A DNA stretch of 64,000 nt from Octopus bimaculoides (GCF_001194135.2 NC_068983.1:9418542-9482541), one strand, 5' to 3'; counted from the stretch's first letter, positions 38,560 through 52,089 are shown. Notes: a model not told the origin generated them from the sequence alone. Numbers and translations are program-made.

Positions 38560-39552
38560 TACTGTATCTATGTATGCAAGTATATTTATATATATTTTGC
38601 GCACATACGCTCAATTAAAACACGCATGAGCCATTATGTATTCGATGTTTCTTGTCCCAACGTCCAGTTGTTTTAATCGAAAATCTGCATTTAAATCTGC
38701 ATCTATAAATACGTATTCTAATCAATAACGATAAGGAAGTACCACTAGTTATGTCTATTTTTCAAACTTCCATCCATCCTCTATCATGATCATGTCAAAT
38801 ATGTATCTCTCACTAAACCAATAAGAATAATCCATAGATTTTATTTTTAGTCTGCTTTATTTTATTTTAATGTTTTAACTATCATTTTTATTTTATTTTA
38901 TTTTAGTTTAGTTTAGTTTAAATTTTTCCATACTTTATCTTTTAATTCATCATCTGTTTCCTAATAAAGTATATAGCATATTCATAAATATTAAATCAAT
39001 CAAATTAAATTTAACTTTTAACCCACTAATACTCTACACTTCCCTTAAAAGTTAAAATGATTAGATAATTTGCATGACATCCATATGAACCGTGACGAAA
39101 TCCTACCACAATATAGTTAGAATGTGACAACTTTCTTTGCATTAAACAAAATGCTTGGAAATTCCCATGAATCAGATGATAGGACTGAAACAGATGTGTT
39201 GGTTCTTTTTTATCTTAATTTAATTTTCTTTGGGTTTTAAACTTCCAATCAATTTACTTCTACTGTTTTTTTTTTTAATGCAACTTTTTATAACATACAA
39301 ATAAATTATTAATTACATCCATTTATCCTCCATTTTCTTCTTGTTTTCCCTCAATATTAATAACTTCAATGATCTTGAACATATACCAATGATTTTCGCA
39401 CTATATGATAACAATTAAACCAGAGGAATACTTTGGATTATATAATCCTTAATGAGAACATGACTTCTGGAATTAACTGTGTGTGTATATATATGTGTGT
39501 GTGTGTGCTTGTGTGTGTGTATGTGTGTGTGTGTGTGTGTGTGTGCGTGTGT

Positions 39553-39597
<45 letters not shown>

Positions 39598-39598
<1 letters not shown>

Positions 39599-39845
39599 CA
39601 ATAAATCTCAGGGTAGCAAAAAGATTTAGAATTTCTATTTGCTCCCAGTGGTCTAGCGAGAAGAAAAAAACTAGTCAATAGACTATATATTATTCATATA
39701 AATATATACAGTGTACATTTAAACACATAAAAGAGATGTCCATAATAGGACATCTAACCCGCTAGAAGGAGCAGTGAAACTCCAAACCCCAATTAGGTAT
39801 AATTTCGAAAGGAATTAAAAATAAAAACATTTACCATCTATTTCC
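39598..39845. mobile_element. Partial copy of the palindromic element at 60413-60750
   Basis: gtgtacatttaaacac..gctagaagga.cagt..ccaaacc..tttcgaa.ggaat.aaaaataaaa matches the 60413 left arm; 39600-39690 is the reverse complement of 60660-60745. Confidence 0.65.
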
Positions 39846-39997
39846 TGAACCAAGGTTTCAAGCTATTTTCAACAAAATAAATAATTTGCTAGGCCAGCTA
39901 TCATCAGCAGGAAAGCCAAGATTAACACATAAATACGAGGCAATGCATAGAACATGCCTCGTGCTTATATGTTGTAATTTTTCATATCTATCATGCA

Positions 39998-40134
39998 TGT
40001 GTGGTTTTCTTATCGGCAGCAAATACCAAAAATGCCTATTTCTTCCAGAAATTAACCAAAAAATCATTATATCATTATTAATAAATCTCATGATCGGCAT
40101 TTTTTGTATTTGCTGCCGATAAGAAAACCGCACA
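39998..40134. repeat. Inverted repeat, ~39-bp arms and ~59-nt spacer (MITE-like)
   Basis: tgtgtggttttcttatcggcagcaaataccaaaaatgcc vs ggcattttttgtatttgctgccgataagaaaaccgcaca, 2 mismatches. Confidence 0.8.
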
Positions 40135-40596
40135 CTTTTATCACTCTCAGTACGTCCTCGGATTGCACTGTCTTCAGATTGACAGAGATGATTATTGAAC
40201 AAGAACAGTCAACATCGACCTATGACGGGCAGCCGAAGAAGATACACACAAATACACACACACGCACGCACACACAAACATATATATATATGTCTACATC
40301 TATCTATATATCTGCATACATATATATATATTGATAGATGTAGACATATATANNNNNNNNNNNNNNNNNNNNNNNNNNNNNNNNNNNNNNNNNNNNNNNN
40401 NNNNNNNNNNNNNNNNNNNNNNNNNNNNNNNNNNNNNNNNNNNNNNNNNNNNNNNNNNNNNNNNNNNNNNNNNNNNNNNNNNNNNNNNNNNNNNNNNNNN
40501 NNNNNNNNNNNNNNNNNNNNNNNNNNNNNNNNNNNNNNNNNNNNNNNNNNNNNNNNNNNNNNNNNNNNNNNNNNNNNNNNNNNNNNNNNNNNNNNN

Positions 40597-40670
40597 TCAT
40601 GAACTTATCGATGAACATCCACTATCACATATCTATATGTGATAGTGGATTTTCATCGATGAGCTCATGA
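40597..40670. repeat. Near-perfect 74-nt palindrome abutting a gap
   Basis: tcatgaacttatcgatgaacatccactatcacatat-ct-atatgtgatagtggattttcatcgatgagctcatga, 3 non-Watson-Crick positions. Confidence 0.85.
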
Positions 40671-42178
40671 AACTTGGTTCTTTTCCCTAAAAGTATATAT
40701 TTATATATATTTTAATCTGTAAAGCTCAATTTAATTTCATTTTTTTATAAATTGATTTTAATTGAGTTTTTACCTGTAATTTTGGATTTTGTCCCTAATA
40801 TTAATATATATATATATACACACACAACACACACACATATATATGTACGCAAATGCACAACGCATGCGCATGCAAACGTGCAAATCAACTTAATATCAAA
40901 CACACGCCATCAAATCGCTGATATCAAGCAATTCAAGACATTAATTTATTGGTTGGATCCATGGAAAATCCGCTTTTTATAGAATTTTTATATTAATATT
41001 TTGATGCATAAATATTTACCTCTTGAGAAAGTCATTTCATTTTGTTAGATTTGCTTCTGTTAATGACATGACAACAGATTTAACTTATTGAAAAATATAG
41101 ATGTAGCTAACTTTATAGATTTATTAATAATATCGTAATATTTAGCATAACTCTGTATAACCCGGTTAGGCTTCCTATTATATACATACGAATCTATCTC
41201 TCTGTCTATTTGCATATATATGTCCTTAAATATTTACCTAGCATACTATTCCTCCAATTACCATTTTACCTATTCATGTTCGATATCTAGACCCATTTAT
41301 CAAACGTTTCTGTTGACATTCTCTTCGATATTGGAATATCAGGAATATTGGAATATCTTCTATATTGGAACTGTAAAAATACTGCACGTTCGTGCTGAAT
41401 CATACAAGATTCTTATCCGTTGATTCAGTCTTACCTTTTTCTGTTATTTCCTGTCTCCGATATTCTCTAATCCTTTGATTGCATCATCTCTTTCTTTTTC
41501 TCCGTGCTGTGTGTCTTCTTTCTCGTTTCGTTGCGAAGTTTGTTTAAACGTGAAGTAAGAATAAAATAAGTAGTGCAGAAAATTCGCTGAAGTGTAAAAA
41601 GATAATAAAAGATTAAAAGAAGCTGTAATGCTATCATTGCTGCTTCATTGCTGGCGTTATGTGAATTAACAACTAATAGTACAAATAGGGTTATTTCACT
41701 TTCAAATCGTAGCGCAACATACGAACACATGCCGTGTTTTTCCTACTCTCATATAAATAAGACGTAACGATATCATTTGTTGCAAATTCAAATAAAAGAC
41801 AACGCTAAGCTTTTGATCCCCACCGTCTATACTTTGTATGGCCAAATATAATGAACTTAGAGTTTGGCACAGGAATAGATGCAAAGTTCAAAAGTTTACT
41901 TGGTAACAATGTGATTCCATCTTGATCCCAACGTGTGGCACTTTTGTTAAGAGTCTTATTTCATAGTCTTGAAATATCTAATGCCTTCTGAGTGAAAGCG
42001 ATGGGCGGAAACCATGAATGCGTGTTCGTGTACATACACACATGCATGCATACATACATTCATACATGCATGCACACATGCATGCACATATGCATACACA
42101 CATACATGTATGCACATTACATACATACGTGCCTACATACGTACATATATACATACATACATACATACATACATACAT

Positions 42179-42410
42179 GGAGAATCTGGATAAAGTGCGA
42201 TTTTCAGAAAAAGAAATTGACCGGCTTGTTCATACACCACATGTCCAATCTGTGAGTGGAACAGTAAAAATATGCAAGACTTTCGCAAGTTCGAAATGTG
42301 AATATGTCTGTGTTAATTACATCTCAAAAATGAAGCCTCGTATGTGTGTCGGAAATCGGCTCTCTCCTGAATGGAAGATTTATAATAATTAAAAAATAGA
42401 AGACATATGT
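42179..42410 (+). mobile_element. 5'-truncated RLE LINE 3' end between (TACA)n tracts
   Basis: ENLDKVRFSEKEIDRLVHTPHVQSVSGTVKICKTF parallels the C-terminus at ~36170-36280 (NLEKLSFSK..LQI.SIPGTVKI..FQKFII); TACA repeats on both sides. Confidence 0.7.
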
Positions 42411-42639
42411 ACGTACATACATACATACATACATACATGTGTATGCATAACTATCTTTCGACGCAGTGTTATAATAAAACATGTGAACACGGTACGTAAA
42501 AAGTCGTTGTTCGACGAACAGCGTTATTGTTTATATTTCTTCTGCAGAGATTTATAGACACACATTTGTTAATTTCGCCGTTAGAAATCTTGCGAGAAAT
42601 GGCTTAGCCTCATTTAGAAACGTGCGGCCAGCAATGATT

Positions 42640-43020
42640 TTGTTCGGCATAGATATGCTAGGGCATCGGAAGTAGGCTCATACATTTGGACGCATGACAA
42701 GATCCTTACAGAAATTGCTAAATGGACAGACTTGCTGAGATTTAAGACCAACAGACATCAGATATTAACACTCAAGGATATCAGATTCCCAAGGGCGGCA
42801 GACAGGGCTTTCAAGACAAAAGCAATTATGGGGAAACCGCTTTCCATTTTGCGTCAAGTCACAACCTAGAAATACATGTAGATATGAAGGGTTGACTCGT
42901 CTTCAGAGGTAGTTGACGTTATCATTACGCCAACGAGGCTTCTCCTTGCTACCCTGGAATACAAAAAACAAGAGTCGTGTTTGAACAGAGAATGTCCTGG
43001 GAGGACAAAGTTTGCATTTT
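42640..43020 (+). mobile_element. Highly degraded Hero/NeSL-like RLE fragment
   Basis: YIWTHDKILTEIAKW (cf. RYTWRHDxVL), ..MRVD.. and MSWEDK (cf. ELTVPWEE) in order, with frameshifts. Confidence 0.45.
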
Positions 43021-43050
43021 CCAGCAACTGGAGAAACCCAAATACCAGTA

Positions 43051-43424
43051 CTCTTTTACTTGTTTCAGTCATTTGGCTGCGGCCATGCTGGAGCACCGCC
43101 TTTAGTCGAGCAAATCGAGCCCCAGGACTTATTCTTTGTAAGCCTAGTACTTATTCTATCGGTCTCTTTTGCCGAACCGCCATGTTACGGGGACGTAAAC
43201 ACACCAGCATCGATTGTCAAGCGATGTTGGGGGGGGACACAGACACACAAACACACATATACGACGGGCTTCTTTCAGTTTCTGTCTACCAAATCCACTC
43301 ACAAGGCTTTGGTCGGCCCGAAGCTATAGTAGAAGACACTTGCCCAAGGTGCCACGCAGTGGGACTGAACCCGGAACCATGTGGTTGGTAAGCAAGCTAC
43401 TTACCACACAGCCACTCCTACGCC
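43051..43424 (-). mobile_element. Near full-length family A SINE
   Basis: Reverse complement starts ggcgtaggagtggctgtgtggtaagtagc (A box)..ggttccgggttcagtccc (B box), ggcaccttgggcaagtgtctt CORE-like block, tail gaaacaagtaaaagag. Confidence 0.95.
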
Positions 43425-43753
43425 TTTAAAATATATAAAAGATAAAAGAGAAACTACTAATGAGTGTCGTTTTTAAGAGCGTATGATTTCTTTTTTTTTT
43501 ATATTCTTAGGAAGAATTAGTTTTCTTTTAAACCCGGAGGATATCACTTTCTGGCTTACTTGCTTGTGAATGGTAAAAACGTCCGATATTTGAAGCGTTA
43601 ATTATGTTAACAGTTAAGCACCTTCTGACATGTAGAAATGTTGATAGCTATCAGTTCTGAATCGAATACGAGTAAATATTAGCTGACGTCTAGTTCGGAT
43701 ATTATATTGCCACGTCGCCATTAATCAACATTGAAGTGAACAGAGAAGCCGAA

Positions 43754-43833
43754 TTGAATAAATGTAGCAATGTTGAATCTACATCAGTTCTCTCTATATT
43801 TCAATAGAGTCGGTATTGTTCTACATTTATCAA
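43754..43833 (+). ncRNA. Pre-miRNA-like imperfect hairpin (candidate)
   Basis: ataaatgtag/ctacatttat, caatgttga/tcggtattg (three G-U pairs on +), tcta/taga, 23-nt loop, 80 nt total. Confidence 0.35.
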
Positions 43834-44417
43834 AACAATTTATAATATAATTGGAGTAGATGAAAACCCAATTTGTAAACGTTATATGGATGAAAAAGCA
43901 ATTGTGCAGTTTAATTATTCAGTGTTGTAGAATTATATCGAACTGCTTAACATATCTAATGCCTAACAAAAGATGATTGGATGTATTGATAGATTATCAC
44001 GTAAATGTGGATATGTATACATCAACAGCATGTTTAAATCTAAAATACCTCAGCAGTTTTCGGTTGCGAGGGTTGGGCTGAAGATTTTACTAATGTAATA
44101 ATGTAAACAATGTAATTTAGTAAATTGCTGCTCTATAAGTTGATACAACCCAGCTATTCATCGGACCGGAATTGATGGATTTATTTGCTTGTAACCATTC
44201 AACAGGTCGAATCCACTGCCGTGATTCGCTTTGCTTTTACTCAGACAATATCAGCGAATCATTCCAAGAAATCGAAACACTGTTAAAATTTTAATAATAT
44301 TCCATCGACCGACCTGCTTCAAATAACTGCCTAAAGCCCATAAGTTCACGCACTAATGTTTTAGGAAATTTTTAAAATACTACATAATGTCAATTTACAG
44401 TCCCTTATGATAATAAT

Positions 44418-44600
44418 TCAAATTTGAACACAAGGCTAGCGAAGTTTGAGAAGAGAGATTGTCGTCAATTAAATCGAACACAGGAGGTTATTAGCACTTT
44501 ATTTTATCGACCCCTGAAAAGGTTTTTAAATGTAAAGAAGTTAAACACATCAAGATATGAGTTCGACCGTAAAGAGCCGGAACTAATACCGCTCTGGGAT
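44418..44600 (-). mobile_element. Degenerate family B SINE
   Basis: tttgaacacaaggc..ttattttatcgaccc..gaactaataccgct. Confidence 0.55.
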
Positions 44601-44892
44601 GTCTTTCAGATGGGTTTTCTGGATTATGACTGTTCTGCAATTATCAAGCACAATAACACTGTTCCTCTAACAACATTGAGCTGCTTGAATCCCCATATTA
44701 ATGGTTTAAATTAAAATACTCATGGATATTAATGATCAGGAAATTTTTTGAAGGCCATATGGGAAATACAGTGATTAACAATGGGATCCATCACTTGGAG
44801 TGTGACTCTGATAAAGCAAACGTTAGAGAGAACGTGCATATTAGTGAATCACGGTCCACGTATTTCATTTTAGACTATATTGATTGGTATGT

Positions 44893-45140
44893 GGAGGCGC
44901 GTGGCTTAGTGGTTAGGGTGTCAGCATCATGATCGTAAGATTGTGGGTGGTTTCGATTCCTGGACCGGGCGACGCGTTGTGTTCTTGAGCAAAACACTTC
45001 ATTTCACGTTGCTCCAGTCCACTCAGCTGGCAAAAGTGAGTAACGCTGCGATGGACTGGCGTCCCGTCCAGCTGGGGAACGCATACGCCATTGAAACCGG
45101 GAAACCGGGCCCATGAGCCTGGCTAGGCTTTAAAAGGGCG
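44893..45140 (+). mobile_element. Full-length family D SINE (tRNA head, CORE-like block, gcgatggactggcgtcccgtccag block)
   Basis: ggaggcgcgtggcttagtggttagggtg (A box), ggtttcgattcc (B box), gtgttcttgagcaaaacactt..ttgctccagtccactcagctg. Confidence 0.9.
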
Positions 45141-45157
45141 AAGAGAGATATTGATTA

Positions 45158-45222
<65 letters not shown>

Positions 45223-45519
45223 TGGATATGCATGAGCGTATGTGAGTGTGTGTTATGTGCTCTTGACTGTACGTGAACCATATTTCTTAACTTAAATACA
45301 ATAACAGTGTTATTTAATGCAAAGTTTATGGGGCGGCTCCGTAGAATTACGTAAAGTAGGAGCAGTAATATAAAAAATGTATTCTAAAGAGAATAACAAC
45401 GAATAATCGAATATCTATAAATTTTAATTATGTCTCTACTGTATATATATATACTTATATATATATATATTGATAGATAGATAGATAGAGATATGACTGT
45501 ATGTATGTATGTGTGTATA

Positions 45520-45564
<45 letters not shown>

Positions 45565-46322
45565 GCACACACATGCACGCACATGCACACACTCGTATTA
45601 CTTTCTAAAGTAAGCCGCAAAGATATAAATATATATTTTTATATAAATAACTGCAAGCTAAATGCCTTTTATCTTATAAATAATGTCGATATGTCGTAAA
45701 ATTTGAAATATCTTTGTTCTGTAATCATTTTTTTTCCTTTCTTTTTGTTTTCTTGTTATAGTGTAAATACTTTGCGCCATAATGCTTAAGAACTTAAGGA
45801 ATTATTGCGAAAAACACGTTGCAGCGACAATATTATTATAGCCGTACTTCCCTGCAATGTCTACAACTGGGCCCAGTAGCCTTAGATAAAACAGTCTATT
45901 TCAGCAGAATTATGATAGCAAAAGAATTAAAAGTAATTCTCTAATAGAATTACTGTGACAGAGTGTAATCAGATTGAATATTTGAATTCCATCTGTAGTT
46001 CACCAGACTGTTTCTGCAAGGAATCCATCTACCCGGTTTTACATAATCCAAAAGTTCTTTTATAAAGCATCGAACCCAGAACTGAAAGCGAAATTCTTAA
46101 CTACTCGGCCATAAAGGCTTAGCGGCCCTTACTGTTTGTTTTCACTGTCCTTTTTTTGTTACCAACTTTGTTTCTTTCGTTGTTCGCAAAAAAAAGGTCG
46201 TATTCCATGTTTTCGTATTTCGTATTTCATGTTTACGTTTTATGACGTCCTGTACTCATAGATGCATATGTATATACATATATATGTAAGTATGTACATG
46301 TATCTATGTATATATGCATATA

Positions 46323-46369
<47 letters not shown>

Positions 46370-46454
46370 CACACACATATACACACATATATGTGTATGT
46401 ATATATTCGATATATATATGTGTGTGTAAGCATGTATGTATGTAGATAGATAGT

Positions 46455-46502
<48 letters not shown>

Positions 46503-46725
46503 GATGATGTATACATATAAATATAACTGATTATACAAATACATATATATTGAAATATATATATATAAATACAAATATATATATGTATATATACATGCAT
46601 ATATACACAGACTCACGCAAACACACACACACAGACAATCACACACACAGACAAACACACACACATTTATACACACGCAGATGAACACACACACACAAAC
46701 ACACACATATATATGTTTGCATGGT

Positions 46726-47106
46726 GGAGGCGCAATGGCCCAGCGGTTAGGGCAGCGGATTCGCGGTCGTAGGATCGCGGTTTCGATTCCCAGACCGGGC
46801 ATTGTGAGTGTTTATTGAGCGAAAACACCCGAACTTCCACGAGGCTCCAGCAGGGGGTGGTGGCAAACCCTGCTGTACTCTTTCACCACAACTTTCTCTC
46901 ACTCTTTCTTCCTCTTCTGTTGTACCTGTATTTCAAAGGGCCAACCCTGTCACACTCAGTGTCACGCTGAATCTCCCTGAGAACTACGTTAAGGGTACAC
47001 GTGTCTGTGGAGTGCTCAGCCACTTGCACGTCAATTTCACAAGCAGGCTGTTCCGTTGATCGGATCAACGGGAACACTCGTCGTCGTAACCGACAGAGTG
47101 CCAACC
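46726..47106 (+). mobile_element. Full-length family C tRNA(Arg)-like SINE
   Basis: ggaggcgcaatggcccagcggttagggc..gcggtttcgattccc head; body and tail match 6041-6341. Confidence 0.95.
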
Positions 47107-47140
47107 AAAGAACCATGTTTGCATGAATGTACGCATGTAT

Positions 47141-47522
47141 CACTTTTACTCTTTTGTTTCAGTCATTTGACTGTGGCCATGCTGGAGCACCGCCTTTTAG
47201 TCGAGCAAATCGATCACAGGACTTATTCTTTGTAAGCCTAGTACTTATTCTATCGGTCTCTTTTGCCGAACCGCTAAGTTACGAGGACGTAAACACACCA
47301 CCATCGGTTGTCAAGCGATGCTGGGGGGGGGCAAACAGACACACAAACATACACACACACGACGGGCTTCTTTCAGTTTCAATCTACCAAATCCACTCAC
47401 TAGGCTTTGGTCGGCCCGAGGCTATACTAAAGGACACTTGCCCAAGGTGCCACGCTGTTGGACTGAACCCGGAACCATGTGGTCGGTAAGCAAGCTACTT
47501 ACCACACGGCCACTCCTACGCC
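47141..47522 (-). mobile_element. Full-length family A SINE, tail-to-tail with the family C copy
   Basis: High identity to 43051-43424 along its whole length. Confidence 0.95.
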
Positions 47523-47981
47523 TGTATGCTTGTATACATTTATATAAACCGTGCACAATGACAATAATATAGACTGTGTATTTTATTTTGTCTTTGAAGA
47601 ATGAACTTGCTCTGTTAGATATGTAGCCAGGTCAGTGAAATTCATCTATTTCTCCGTTATGTAGAATAATAGATTCCGACGAGTTAGTTGCTTTGCATTA
47701 GAATTAGCAGAGGCTTCCATCAAACAGCTGGCCACTTAACCTGAATACATTCCGCTGTCAATTCTGCATCAAAGCAAATCCTTTGGGAGTTGCTGAGATG
47801 TGAATCAATTCAGTTACACCAATTCTTCTGTTTAATTTAGAACAAAGGCGACTGTAGCAGCGTCAACAATGACAATCACAGCAACGCTGACGGAGACAGC
47901 AACAATGCTACAGAAACAAATTATTGACATATTGGGAATTTCGGTAAAGCAAATATAAACAACAACAACAACAACAACAAC

Positions 47982-48016
<35 letters not shown>

Positions 48017-48390
48017 TAATAATAGTAATAATAATAATGATAACAATTATAATAATGATGATGATGATAATAATAATAATAATGGTGTAAGAATCAAAGT
48101 TTGTTGAGAAGAAAAGGAGAGTGGGGAGTAGAAAGGTGGGGAGAGAGAGAGGAAGAAAGTCGATGTTGGGATTAAGAATGAAACTTGAATATGTCGACGT
48201 TGAAAATAAGTTTATAATATTTGTTTGTGAAAGACACAGCGAGGAGGGGAAACGAAAACGATTCATGGAGGAGGAAGCGAGTTGAAGATGAGAATAATGA
48301 AAGATATTACAGGAATGATGAGAAAATAAGTATGAAAAGTAAACGCTGAATACATATTTCCTTTGAAAGTTTGCTTAACCTAGAGTGATA

Positions 48391-48779
48391 CTCTTTTACT
48401 TGTTTTAGTCATTTGACTGCGGCCATGCAGGAGCACCGTCTTTAGTCGAGCAAATCGACCCCCAGGGCTTATTCTTTGTAAGCCTAGTACCTATTCTATC
48501 AGTGTCTTTTCCCGAATCGCTAAGTTACGGGGACGTAAACACACCAGCATCGATTGTCTTGTGATGTTGGGGGGACAAACGCAGACACGCAAACATATAT
48601 ATACATATACATATATACGACGGGCTCCTTTCAGTTTCCGTCCACCAAATCCACTCACAAGGCTTTGTTCGCCTGAGGCTATAGTAGAAGACACCTGCCC
48701 AAGGTGCCACGCAGTGTTACTGAACCCGGAACCATGTGGTTGGTAAGCAAGCTACTTACCACACACCCACTCCTACGTC
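48391..48779 (-). mobile_element. Full-length family A SINE
   Basis: High identity to 43051-43424; variable central (TA/CA)n. Confidence 0.95.
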
Positions 48780-49720
48780 TGTTTGTTGGTAACAAATCTC
48801 TTCTTCTGGGTGTTCTTTTTTGTTTTTGTTTTTGTTGTAGGGAATTAGTAATAATGATACACCCATCCCACGTGACGACTGGAATAACGTAGTCACGATA
48901 AGTAAAGGGAAGTACGTGAAGTGCTGGAGTACATAGAAGTCGGTCAGATATAGTCGTGTCTTTACTGGTTTTACTAAGTATACTCTATACTGATGAGGGT
49001 GTATTAACAATCCAACATTTTAAGGATTATAACAGTAGCGAGGAGGATGTAAACAACTCACCAGTAATTGATAAACCCGTCGAGGATTTAAACAACTCAC
49101 GAGGAATTAATAAACTTGACCAGGATAAACCAATTCACACAGAGTTAATAATCTCACAAAGTTAGTGTGCGAATTTTACGAAAAATCGTAAAAGTATGGA
49201 AAATTTGTTGGCCAGTTTGCTCGATTTATAAAAACAACAACAACAGCAGCAGATTCAGCTGCAAGAACAACAGCAGAAGTAACAATAACAATAACTGATT
49301 TGACAACAACTAATGTTGCAATTAATGAAGTCGTCAAGAAATTCAGAAAAAACCTTCTCGCTAGGCTATGTTGCGAACTCGATAACAGTTCAAATATGAA
49401 CCAGACGAAGGTGAACTTTTTAACGCATATATCTTTACCTTTTTAGTTTGACCTTGAAATATTTCGTTACATACGAGTCCACCGAAAAATATAACATCTT
49501 TCCATAACACCATGTACTATCTTTTTAGATTTACAGCTGGTTTTTCCTTCTATCATTCATCAGGCAATTTTTTTCTCACATCATATCCTAATATCTAAAA
49601 AAAATAACGCATAGAATAAACAGTATAGTACTAGATATAATAAACTGTATAAAAATAAAAGAAAACGGAATGGCTTTGATGTAACACCTTTAATTATATG
49701 CTTACTCAAGTAGTGCTTAC

Positions 49721-49876
49721 CTGGAGTTTAATGGCTACACGAACAATATCTTCGGTGCATTTAGTCTCGCAAACTTTCTGAATATATGTACAATCTTTAG
49801 TGGTTTCATCATCTTATGTTCCCCGGGATTCATGAATAAGCTTATAAGCACTGCTCCTCATCGAAATTTGACGAAG
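49721..49876 (-). other. Candidate exon with strong splice sites (156 nt), non-coding or pseudo-coding
   Basis: Acceptor ctattttgtctttgtattctttcag|, donor CAG|gtaagc; stops in all three frames, with a single TAA in frame 0. Confidence 0.45.
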
Positions 49877-49923
49877 CTGAAAGAATACAAAGACAAAATA
49901 GAAAGTAGATGACATACGGTGAA

Positions 49924-50170
49924 GGTGCATTGCCCAGTGGTTAGAGTGTTGCACTCACGTTCATCAGGTCGTGGTTTCGAATTCCGGACTGAATGGTACG
50001 TTGCGTTCTTGCGCAAGAGATTTCATTTTACGTTGTTACAGTCCATTCAGCTGTAAATGAGTTCTAGCAATAACTAGGAAAAAAATCCCGTGATACACAT
50101 GCGTTCCTTTCAGTATGGATTACTGTATTCTGAGTCACATCCACGTCATGGAGACCAGGTCTTATGACTC
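49924..50170 (+). mobile_element. Degenerate family D-like SINE
   Basis: gcattgcccagtggttagagtgttgcactca..gtggtttcgaattcc..gttcttgcgcaag..cagtccattcagctgtaaatgag. Confidence 0.7.
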
Positions 50171-50654
50171 CTAAAGTTCATAAGGACCCGAATATAACAT
50201 ACGAACCAATTATTATCCTCGTGTTACTAGTATGTTAGAGAATATATTTTAGTGAGGAATAAACAAAAATATAATAAGTAAACAATAAACAGAATGAATT
50301 TCCATAAAATCAATTAACTGGTGACTCCAAGGCTAAGAAGAAACAAAAGAAGAATGAAAATAACAGGCAAATTCATAAAGCTTATCGCTCGAATTACTTT
50401 GTCTCCCAACTTATACATGTACACATACCACCATAGACAGACAGATATGCATATTTATATATACGCAAGCATAGAATATTCGTTTGCATGTTATATGTCG
50501 TTTGTTCTAAATCGAAGTGCAATGGATTAGCCGAGTGGTTTGACTGTTGGTTAGATTAAATTGTGGCATTAGTTCCGGCTCTCTGTGTTCAAATAGCGTT
50601 CAGGTCAACTTCAATTTCGTCAATTGAAGAACCGCTCAATTACCGAGGTTGATT

Positions 50655-50701
50655 CTTCTTCTTTCCTCTTCTTCTTCTTCTTCTTCTTCTTCTTCTTCTT
50701 C
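50655..50701. repeat. (CTT)n microsatellite within a polypyrimidine tract
   Basis: Direct inspection. Confidence 0.95.
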
Positions 50702-51661
50702 TCCCTCCACCTCCTTCTCCTCTCTCTCGCCTCTGTCTCTTTTCCATCTGACAAAGATTCAGTGAATAGCCTTCTCTAGGGTCCAAATATGCCCGAGGCA
50801 TATTTGAATTAGTAACAAGTTTATATTTATACACACCATTGCTTAACGGTTCTATTGAGTGTGTGTGTGTCGCTGCGCACGTTTGTGTGTAATTATGTAT
50901 TTATGGTATATATATATATATATATATATATAATAAAATACTTGCCGGTGGAACTACATTAATACGAACATTATTAAACACATCATCTTGCATAAGATGC
51001 GATATATCGGATATAGACTGAGCAATAACCAATAATTTACTTTAATCTGTACCTATAATATCTCTATGGAACAATATTATGTGTAATTACCAAATGCTAT
51101 ACAATTACTAAACAATTTCTTTAATTTTATATTAATAATGCATTAAAGACTTTCTGCAAGTTACAGAAGTAATTTGCATAAGTGGCTCAATGAGGGAAGT
51201 AAAGACAATCTTGTTGATTAAATATATTCCTTCGATACCCATAAAGTTCAATAAATTTGAACATTGATATTGGAGCTGTTTGGTATATCACGCTGATTAA
51301 TCTCATAGGAGATAAGATGCTAACACTTTATTTTAATTAAATATCATACTTGTAATGATTCATTTTTCTCCAAATAATTTCTGATGCTCGCCACCACCGA
51401 AAAGAAAGAAGTTTTGTTCTTCCTCGTTGTTACTTTTCTTAACTCTAACTAAAAATACTTCATGTTCTCAGAAAATTATTCATCCAGAAGTGATATATAG
51501 AAGAACATAAATGAACATGCATGTATGTGTGTGTGTGTGCGTGTATGTGTGTATGTATGCGTGTGTGTGCGTGTGTGAGTGTGTGAGTGTGTGTGCGTGT
51601 GTGTATACATACAGATATATTTTCTCATGTCACACGCCTCAAGTAAAATAAAACAGATTTA

Positions 51662-51783
<122 letters not shown>

Positions 51784-52089
51784 TGTGAGTTTATATATGT
51801 ATGTGTATATGTATGCGTGTATGCATGTATGTATGTAGGTAGGTCGGTCGGTCGGTAGGTACGTAGGTAGGATATATATGAGTGTGTGTTTGTGTTTATA
51901 TATACGTATTTACATTTGAGTATGTGTTTATATATGTGTGTGTATATATATGCGTGTATGTATGCATGTATGTATGTATGCAGGTAGGTAGGTAGGTAGG
52001 TATGCATGTATATCCGCCAGAGATGAAGGCAACTCATTTAGCCAGCTCATGAATTATATACATTATCTGGACAAGCGAGAAAAATGGCA

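Noticed and set aside
44893-47522. tRNA-like sequences with A/B boxes at SINE heads
   Set aside because: They continue into SINE bodies repeated across the window and lack intact cloverleaf ends; not called as tRNA genes.
48956-49165. 69-aa ORF with a ~39-bp internal tandem repeat (EDVNNSPVIDKPVEDLNNSRG)
   Set aside because: About 2.5 degenerate repeat units explain the openness; no supporting splice context on +.
49230-49290. Poly-Q-like CAA/CAG run
   Set aside because: Short and closed by TAA, within decaying trinucleotide repeats.
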